Assembly: GCA_001687465.1 (NCBI GenBank) | Contig: LVLI01000214.1 | Coordinates: forward strand, 124,001-188,000 | Direction of reading: 5' to 3' | Source of the DNA: Halocafeteria seosinensis | Lineage: Eukaryota | Length of the DNA: 64,000 nucleotides | Translations under genes and position numbers: made by a program | Shown here: positions 49,765 through 59,664 of the stretch, piece by piece | Layout of the letters: every line of letters starts with the position of its first letter | How positions within the stretch are numbered: the stretch's first letter is position 1 | The notes under the pieces: model-generated | What the model was told of the DNA's origin: nothing | Seen by the model: the letters and a program-made list of their open reading frames with translations, nothing else | Database searches by the model: none

Positions 49765-51234
49765 TCATGACATCGTCGGCTGAAACGTCGGAGCATCGAC
49801 ACGAAGGGTGTGCTTGCGAATGGAATTCCCATTGGCTGTGCTCACCTCCCTTGTGTCCGTTGACACCCCGCTTTCCGGGAAGGTACCTACGGAAGTTGTC
49901 GCAGGTGTCCACGCAGCACTAGACAGGGTTGAAGCTTCTCCCTGAGAGTGAGAGAGCACCGCGGTGGTTTTGAGGTTGTTAGCAGCGGCGGGGTCCTTTA
50001 GGGTATCAAGCAGTTTAAAGACGTCATATTGCTTGAATTGCAGGCCTTCAAAGGAGTAGAAGCCCGCAATGCTCTGTCGAGTGGGTTTTCCCAAAGCTTT
50101 TCCGAGTTTCCTTCGAGTTAGCGAATACGCAATAGGTACTTTTGGGTCCTGCTCCTTGGCCAATCGTTTTATTTCTTTGATTTCTTCTTCCAGTATATGA
50201 GTAGCCAGTGTTGGGTCGATGTTTCTCGCTATGACGATGAACCTGCAGGGATACAAAAAGGGCATCAACGACTAGTGACATCTCTGAAAACAGCAAACCA
50301 CCATACTTTATCTTTCCCGCCCTCAAGTCGCGTTTAACTTCTCTTAAGCCAGATGCAATCTTCCTCTTCCGCTTGTCGAGATGGTTGTTCGACTTCATTT
50401 TGTGTTTTAGCTGTAGCGCCAGTGACGTTGAAATCATGTCAAACACAATACTATCCAATTGCTCTGAAGGGGGGTGATCTATATAAATTTCATCCTCATC
50501 CCTAGGGGGACTGGTCATTCCTGCTGCTGGGTCTCGTAACGATGTCTTCGGGATTTGAGACGTAATGTCCTGTTGCCGAGTGGTCCGTGTGATGTTTATT
50601 TCATCGGCAGAATTAAATTCCGACGAAGGGCAGGCTGCTCCCTTCCTGCAGGTATGGGCGTACGGACGAGTGCAATCACGAAAGTAGTACTATCAGTGTT
50701 GCTGGTGCCGTACCATTGTTCAACACGGTCTTGGAGGATATGTTTCTTAAGCGTACTGAGTCGAGGCTTCTGCCGTGTTCCAGGTGGGCTCTTCTGCAAA
50801 AAAATTAAGTACAGGTTTTCTAAAATTCACTCCATCAAAGTATTCACATCACGTACTCTAGTTTCGTAGTCATGTTTCAACTTCCTGGCAAAGGCTTTGA
50901 GGGCCGTCTGGAGTTTTTCCTGACCCGTCATGTCATCCCGTAATTTAACTTCGTCTTCATACTTTTTTCCCCTTGCACCAGCAGTTGTACGCTTTTTATC
51001 CTTCTTTTGCTTCAGGAAGGGAATCGTGGCTTCCTCGGTGGCTTCCTTCCGTCGATCTCTGCGGCTACTGCTTGATGAGGGAAATTCCGTGTCCTGTTTC
51101 TGGTCCGCTGTTTGGGGCTTTGTCATGAGAGCATCTCGGAAGGAAACAACAGAGGAAGATGCTGCTGTATTTGTGTGGGAAGAAGGGTCTCTTCTTCCTC
51201 CATTACTACTATCCTCGGTTGGCATAGATGCCAT
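49765..51234 (-). CDS. SECISBP2: SECIS-binding protein 2-like (K-rich SID plus L7Ae domain), 4 exons
   Basis: KPRLSTLKKHILQDR resembles the SID K-rich motif. The L7Ae block reads KRKIASGLREVKR..K.IVIARNID..PIAYSLTRRKLGKAL.K..SIAGFYSFEG. Confidence 0.82.
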
Positions 51235-51293
51235 TACCGTCCGTGTTTGTTGTTCATTCCTTCTCGTGTATAGCAAAATAGAATTAAATAAAG

Positions 51294-52420
51294 ATGGGAA
51301 AATATTCCATGGACAATACAATCAAGGCTGTGGCCACTATGGTGGTACTAGGGGCGGCGTGCTTCACCCCAGGATCCACTGCTACACGCGAACATTCCTA
51401 TTTAAGGCTTCAAAACCATTCAGACCAAGCCTATTTGAGGCCCATCATTGGGATACTCAGTCTCCCGAACTATTTCGACAAGTTCCAGGATAAAGGGCGA
51501 TCGTATTTCCCTTCATCGTACGTGAAATGGGTGGAAAGCGGAGGAGCACGCGTCGTTCCTATTCCATACACGATGGACCATGATGAATTGAGGCAACTTA
51601 TACCCCAGCTGAATGGCTTTCTCTTCACTGGAGGAGGGACGGACTTCGCCTTTGAAAACAACACGTTGACGCCGTACGCGCGGGCAGCGCAAATTATCCT
51701 CGAGGAAGTGGAATCGGCCAACAGAAACAACGGCGAAGTGGTTCCGCTATGGGGAACTTGCCTGGGGTTTGAACTCCTCAGCTTTCTTCTGTCAGGACCT
51801 GACTTCAAGAACCCAGTATTGCATGGTGGCTTTGATTCGGAGAACATTACACTCCCCCTCCACTTTACCGACGCCGCTCCGAATTCCAGAATGTATGGGT
51901 TGGCCAAGAAACGCGGACTCTATGACGTGTTCGCGAACCAACCAATTACCATGAACAATCATCACGCAGGCGTCCCTCCCTCAGCTTTCGACACGAACAG
52001 CAATTTAAAATCTACGGTAAATTTATTAAGTACGAATTATGATCGACAGAACAACGAATTTGGCAGCTCGTTTGAAGGGAAAGAATTGCCAATATATGCG
52101 GTTCAATATCATCCAGAAAAGCCAGTTTATGAGTGGGATCCACAAGAAGTTATCAACCACGAGTACGATAGTGTTCGCGCAAACTCTTTGCTGGCTCGTT
52201 TCTTCGTTAATCAGTCGCGGAAAAACGACAGGTATGCCATCGCTTGATTCACTTTTGGCAGCTCGCAATTGTATATTGTCATGTTTTGAATGGATGCACT
52301 CCGCTCCGCAGACACTTCGCACAGCAATCAACGGAGTCGAAACATTTGATTTACAACTATGAGACGGTGTATACGGGTCCAGTTATTGATTCTTTCGAAA
52401 CTTGTTACTTCTTTGACTAG
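51294..52420 (+). CDS. GGH: Gamma-glutamyl hydrolase (peptidase C26), 2 exons
   Basis: Signal peptide, plus RPIIGIL, SYVKWVESGGARVVPI, GFLFTGGG, WGTCLGFE (Cys) and VQYHPEK (His). Intron at about 52232-52311, and the last exon ends LIYNY..CYFFD* at 52420. Confidence 0.94.
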
Positions 52421-55400
52421 GGACTTTCCAGAGAAATTTGCTGTCGAAATGCCTCAGGTGCATCTTCGAAAATGCTCTCACTGTGCAGCCGTTGCTGTTC
52501 CTTGTTGGATGCCTCAGACAATGAATGCATCTCTAATGGGAATGCTGCTTTCAAAGTAATAAACGGTGTCTTCATGACAACCTCCTCCTGCCCATCGTCA
52601 TTTTCGTTCTTCTTCAAGGCCATTGCTATTTTAACATCATCCGCGGATGTAGTTTGAGTCGCCGCTGCCAGACTCCCGTTTAAAAGCAGTTGACGCATTT
52701 GAGAAGCCGTAAACCAACTCTCTTGAGGAATGGTTTCTCCAGTGTTATCGTTTTCGTAACACCAAAGAGTGTCCCCGGTATTTTCCCGAAGGTAGGCTCG
52801 ATAAGGCGCACTTGGATCCACTCGCCGTTTTGGTTTAGTTGAGTGGGTTGAAACGCGGCTTAAAGATTCTTGTCCCCGGTCGTGTGTAGGCGGGTGAGAC
52901 TCCGTTGTGTACACCACCTGTTCTTCCTTTCCTTGCCGGTCGTCGGAACTCGGTATCGGATCGAGTCCTCCAAAACCATTCTGTGAATCCGCACGATCAG
53001 AAACGTTTGCGTCGTTCTCAAAGCCTGGTGGTGGTGGCGCAGATGCAGCTTCGTTTGGAGGCTTTGCTGACTGTGCATTGCCAGGTTCTTGGATCTCAAC
53101 CACTTGCTGTGCCAACCCCGCTGCAGGTGACGGTGTCATTGCGCTGGCCCTAGTTTTTACACCAGAGTATTGTTGAGGAGGGGCATTTTGATAGGAGTGT
53201 TGAGCCATCTGCGGCATACTCGGGGGAACGCTCGGCATTGCACGAGCCTGACTCTGGGAGCCCCCAACATAAGTGTTTCCGCTCTGAGGATTCATCGCAT
53301 TCAGTCCCATTGAATTCAGTTCGTTAGGTTGCATATTGGCTGAATGCATCCCATGAGGACCCATCATATTCATACTATTGCTCATGCCATCAAACATGTT
53401 CATCATGTTGCCCAGGTTCGACCCCATACCCATTTGGTCCAAACTCTGAGACATTTCTACATTTGACGAGTCATTCTGCATCGCTGCACCACTTTCGTTC
53501 TTGTCATTGAAAGATTGCATTTGCTGTTGCACCTGCTGCTGGAACTGCTGGAACATGGATAAGTGCTGCTGTTGTTGCTGCTTTAACATCCATAGATTTT
53601 GCTGATATTGGCGGATATTGTTATCCATTACCTGTTGCTCATTCGGATCAGAAATGCCTTGCTGCCGGATCATTTGGAGCCGCTGCAGATTCACCATTTG
53701 CATGTTGATCCTCATTTGCAGCTGCATTTGATACTGCATTTGCATTTGTAGTTGCATTTGTGCATAAGTTAGCTGAGGGGACTGTACACGGTAAAATGGG
53801 TTGTATGGTGTAGACTGGGCTCTTAGTTTACTCTCAGAGCCGCTTGAAGGTCCAGCTCCATCCGGATGCAACCCCTGCTCAGCAACTGAGGCGACATCAT
53901 GGGTTTCACTTGTCAAAGGAGAGGTCGGTACAAGCGTCGACGAGTCTTCTTGCGCATTAACCTGTGCAAAACCATCGTTTTCTTCGGCCTTGTGCGACCG
54001 AGCTGCCTCAAACCGCTCCAACACCTCCGTTGGGGCCTCCACCTTCCCATATCGATGCTTAGCCACTGTGATCATATCGTCCAGTCTCTGTAGGGTCTGC
54101 GACTGATGTGGTTTATTCACCATTGTGCCACTATTGTGAGCTGCCCTGATCATGCTCCTCCAGCATCTGTCGTAGTACAGGAGAGCCGGATCGCCTACAC
54201 CAACTACCATAGACTTCGCACGGGTGATAGACGTATTGAAGAGTCTTGTGTTGCGAAACAGCCCGATACTTGGGGGTTTCTTTCGACGAGAGAGAAGACC
54301 CTTCGAGTCAGTATCGTCGGCAAAATTGTTCTTCAATTTCGTATCGTTAGGAGAATCCTCATCGCTATCACTGTCACCCACATCGTCTGAATGAGCATTA
54401 TAGCGCGTATCCGTAAATCGTGGCGCTTTTCTATGTTTAGCCGCAGAAGTACTACTTTCATCATCACTGTCATCGGGTGCACCGAGAACTTCATCGATGC
54501 CCTGCACGTTGATTGGAGTCCATGCGTCGCCCTTGCCCCCAACGAGGCCTCCAGCACCTGCCTCTACGTCGCCTCCAACACCCTCCGCCTCGTCTTCGCC
54601 AAACAATATATCATGGAGTGTACGGACAGTGCTCATTACCAGAACCCCAAATTCCAAACCTTGTACGTCCCTAACGTGAGTAATTCTCACCTTCTCCAGC
54701 GCCGGGGCAGCAGGAACGCTTCCGCTATTACCATTCTTCGACTTTTCCCAGCTCTTCTGGTATTGCTTCTTGAGTCTTCCCGCCTCTTGACGGAAGTGAT
54801 TACGAAGTAGTCGCACCTGCTGGGAGTACGGAGCTACGACGGCCACTTCTGAATAATGAACACCACCACCACCGTTCGCGACGTCAGTTAACAGGTTCGT
54901 AACTACTTCGACAATCTTGACACATTCATCTCTGTTCTCCCAGCTGCAGCTAATTGGATCTCTCTCTGCAGCTTTCGCCCCGGTACACACGAAGGAGAGG
55001 GGTACGCGAGCATTTTCCCGTCTCTGCGCATTTGCCGCTGGCCAGGTAGGTACGTTCGGCATCACCTTCGGAACTAGCCCAGAGCCGTAAAACAAGTGGC
55101 TGGTAAATCTAACAATACCGGGATGAGATCGATAATTGTGGCAAAGTGCGAGTTTGCATTGTCCAGCGCGATTGCCATCGTAGACAGGAAGAGCATACAA
55201 CCTTTCCAATACTGAGCGGTGTAAACCCAGTCTTCGCGCGGTGGGATGCCGTACATCAGGTCCCAGCTGCATGTGGTCTCCAACCAGCACAATTTTTGTC
55301 TGCGGACCTGCAAGAGACAACGCGACCAGAGCCTCGGGTTCAGAGGCCTGTGCCGCTTCGTCCACCAATACGTGACTAAAAAAGTCCGTCGAAGCACCGG

Positions 55401-58400
55401 ACGTTAGTGTAGGGTCAACTTCATCGACAGCTTGCAACCGGGAAGTACCAGGCTTCATTGTGACCCCGCTGCTCATCAAGGATCCGGCTGTTACAAGAGT
55501 AGTTATGATTACCTTGTACCGCGAAAGCTCCTCAGGAGGTGGTACACCAAATACTCGCACTGGGTTGCCTTTTTCATCGGTACTGTTAACCACGTAGGTG
55601 TAGCGACGAGCAAGAGGCGAGACAGAACTTTCTTTCCGTCGTTCAGCGTAGATGCGTATCATCTCTTCAGGCCGCAGGTGGCGGCTCAACGCTTTAACGT
55701 ACATATCTGCAGATGTGTTCGTATGGGTTGCTACTAGTACCCGGTAGGTGCAATCAGGGGTTGTCAGTTGCCGCACCACTTCTTGAAGGGTACGGGTCTT
55801 CCCACATCCGTACGGCCCGACGACTACAGTAGGTACTCGTAGGAGGCTGGAGGTCAAAATGTTGTTGACAATAGCGAATTGGGTTTCATCAAGTTTGTTG
55901 TCATATAGGTCTGAGCGGGTCACACAACGCTCTCGATTCCAGGCGTCGGGTAAAATCATTGAAGGCGACGGGAAGAGACGAGATACGTGCATGGCTTCAA
56001 TAGCTCGATGCATGAAACGATCGGGCAAAAGGGAAGGAACGTATCGGACGGAACAGATGGTTCCACTCGCTGTAAATATCGGGTTGGCGACGTCACTAAA
56101 TGGAAGCTTCGCCGTTATTGTCTGCGGAGTAACTGAAATTACTTCAGCTTCGAAGACTTCCGGTCCCGGGACCGTTGGCTTTCGAGACGCATCGTTAATG
56201 CTTTCGTATTTACCGCTAGAGATATCTTCATACAAGAAAGGGCGGATACGGACAACGTCTCTGATTAAAACCGAAGGCCGCGTGTCGCCGATGTGAGCTT
56301 GTTGATCATTATACACCGGTAGCCGGAGAATAATTTCTGTCCCACTAGCATAGTAGGTGATTCCATCAGCTTCGTATTCATTAGAGCGCTTAACCTTAGC
56401 CGCAACCAAATCAAACCTTCTTAAATCCCACATTGTTTGTGTAAGTTCCATTACGAGTAAGTTGTGCATCCGAAGTCTATAGTTGTTGGGCAGCAGATTT
56501 CGACGTGCGACGTTCGGTGCAAACGGTGTTATGAGCATTTCGTTAACTGCTTCTTCAAGTGAAGAATTTTCCGTACTTAGCAAGTTAGTGCTAGACGTGT
56601 TCATCAATTTGGCCGTGTACTTCCTCGCAGCTCCCCTCAGATTGTCAGGTATGGGCTGATGCGCCCGGCGAAACAACGCTAGCGCAACAGCTTCTGGCGA
56701 GGGAGTCCAAAACGGTAGCGGATACATATACTGGGACGACTTTCCAGGTGGAACAAGCCAATAAACTTTTTTAATGTCACCTCCTTCCCACCAATCATTT
56801 CGGGATAAGGCCTCTTGGCCAGCACCGTAGCGGTTGTTAGCTGAAACAGGCTCACCACTACAATCATCGGGGTGGCAAACATTCCCACCAACTGCTGCAC
56901 CCTCGGTTTGGGAAGGAACTATGCCCAATTGACGAATGGCATCCACCAATAAAGGATGAACGTCTCGATCCACATTTCGCTTACTAACGCGGTATAAGTC
57001 AGGCTCGGTATGCGTCAACGCTTGGAGCATCACACCGACGCAATTCTCCAGGCGCAGGGTTCTGTGCGCTGCCCAATTATTGGAGCCTCTAACAGGCATG
57101 GTAGACGGTTTCTCGGGGACGACAGTCACCGCAGCATTGGGATGAAAAGCCGGTAGTCTATTGGTGTCCTCCAGGGAACGTAGGTCCGAGGGAGTCTTCG
57201 TCATTGCAACGACTAGTTTCCGCATGTGTGCATCTAGGACTGCATCACACTTCAACTGTACTCCGAGCTTGGCACCGGGTTGTAAGTCCGTCTGAAATAA
57301 GACTTGCTGCATACCAGTTGAAATCTTAGAACTGACAACATTTCCCGGGTTGTTCCGAACGCTCCTACTCTCTAAATCCATAAAATGTTGCTTGCCATCA
57401 GCTGTAGTCAATCTAGCCGAGCCGACCATAGCAATAGATGAACGACCTAGGTCTTCATGCCGGGTACATAATTCAACGTGACCTTGCTCTCCATCGACAG
57501 TAATGGTTGGTTGAATCGGATCAGAGTTCTCCCAGAATCTGTGCCGAAAATTACCAATAGGCAGGTCGACTATGGTAATACCATAGACATGGCGTACTTG
57601 GGGGCTCTGTAGTACCATGGGACGTCATAAGGTGAAAAGAAAAGTGTGTTTGCTACACACCTACTGGTCCAAACTTACATCATTGACAAACTCGACGGTC
57701 CACGCAGCAGTTTGGCCTACGGATAGGCCTTTCTGCACGCATCCATCTAATATCGGCGATCCGTATGCGCTATCTGCCGTTTGCGGTGCTTTCGTTTCTG
57801 GAGGTGACGGGTGAGCAGACAAAATTTCAGTTCGAAAGTCATCGACGTTGCTGCTCAAGCTTTGCACTCCGTCATGACTGTTTGGAGATCGATATATTTC
57901 CTGCAATTGAAAATAAATTGAGGATGGAGAATCAGGTATGTTGCTCCCAAATGCTCGAGGTGCATATGGCATATAGCGGTCCAACAATCTCATATTATTG
58001 GGATGGGCCGCCAACTGATCGTTGATGTAATAATCCACCAACATGTCCCATGTTTGAGATTGTAAAAATTGCTTCGCTTGCTGAAAATTTTCCAAGTTAA
58101 ACCGTTGTCCTAGCCTCTGAAACCAGCGTAGTCCTTCGAATATAAGTGAAAAATCGCCGTTAACAAAACGGTGCATTTGCAATTTATGAGCGACTTCACG
58201 GCACCACTTTACAAGCTCTGCACGTTCATCGTGCATCCCGTAAGAAATAACAACCATCAACCATGACATGACTCACCTTGGATGCTCTGAGGATATACGT
58301 CAAAGTTTAACCTGCAACATAGCCGAAGTGAGTAGAGGGCACTCTGCGTTAAACGCGTCCTCTAACATCGCTTACTTATACAACCCATTTCCACGGTCCG

Positions 58401-58785
58401 GATCCCACATGTTAAATCGCGGAAGCGTTCCTGATTTCATAGAGTTCATCCGAGGACGGCGTACTTGCATCCACTTTCCTTCGACAACCGATGGAGCCAC
58501 CTGGATTGGTCTCCATGATTGTTGACATCGCGCGCATGTTCTCTCCACAGTATTGGCCTGTCCCGCATATTGCTTAGTGGTAACGTTTGCCGATTGATTT
58601 CCCTTGGGTATAGCCCAGCGAACGGCATGAACCACCACATTATCTGAGTGGAAACACATACTGCACGCCCATATTGGATCAATATACGGGCTCCTCGTAA
58701 CATGTTCTGTTGTCTTGGTAACCGTAGTCTGCTTAGCATTGTTTGCGCGGCCAGTCGCCGAAGAATTCGTAGTTGGGGGTGGCAT
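52417..58785 (-). CDS. UPF1-like SF1B RNA helicase (HELZ/MOV10-type) with a Q/M/N-rich C-terminus, 4 exons
   Basis: Walker A GPYGCGKT, ATHTNTSAD, DEAAQ, VGDHMQL, NYRSH, APYSQQV, VQGLE and FNTSITRA. Upstream exons at 58785-58375, ~58312-58277 and ~58217-57665. Confidence 0.9.
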
Positions 58786-59664
58786 TTCCAGTTTATGCAG
58801 TTCAAGTGATTATCGTTATACAGAGAGTACAGGATACTTGATGTCGCTCGCGATCTGCGCCCAATACGGAGAAAGTGAGTTCACGGTGTGATTCGGCCAA
58901 GTACATCGAAGTAGCAGGTCAATAACATTGGAACGGAGAGCTGTACAAACATGTGTGGAATCGGCCAGACATAAAGCACGTGCATTCATCCAGATGCAGG
59001 AAGTTTAGGCCTCTTCACAACATTCTCCAAGCAGCTTTTGATGAGAAAGGAAGATCCCTTGGCCTTACGCCAGAACAACCGCGTGGCAGGTGAACACCCA
59101 ATCCAATAGATTCTCCTGTGGGCGTTGGTGAGCTTCCTGGAAGTGAACAGGGTGCTTTCCATTTCCAGCGAGGGTGTCTTCGGACAAGGGCGAGACAGCT
59201 TCCCTTGGCCTTCCCTCTCCAGAAAACAACAAAAAGCACCGGGTTCGCCACGGCACCCCACCGACACAACTAAGCAAAGCGTATTCACTTACAGTCTGAG
59301 AGTGCGAAACGACACAGCACAAGTTCTCGCGGACGTGTGTCTAAACGCTCAATTATCCGGCTGGTTTGTATGCAGTGCTGCAGCTTAGTGACAAGCCGAT
59401 GTGTTTGAATGGCAAGGCAGTTCCCTAGTCGGCGGTCCCGAGCGAAACAGACAATCTTTTCTTGGTAGTAACGCGAAGCAAAGAAGAAGTGCCGGCTTGC
59501 AAATCTTCGTGAATGTATGTATGTAAACGTAGTGTGGCGTTAGAAATGGAGCGTGGTAATGCCCATAATTGAGCACCAATGGCTCGTCCTACATGTGTGC
59601 TGTACCAGTAGTTGTTTGTCAGATTTACGGTGTACTTCAGGAAGTTACAGTAACTTACAGAACG

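Noticed and set aside
59030..59230. Cobalamin-riboswitch-like fragments (GGGAAG, CGCTGG..GGAAAGC, ACCTGCC) on the minus strand downstream of the B12-dependent RNR
   Set aside because: The order and spacing do not match the consensus, and there is no proper B12 box or four-way junction. Nothing similar lies upstream of the RNR. An Rfam cobalamin covariance-model scan would be decisive.
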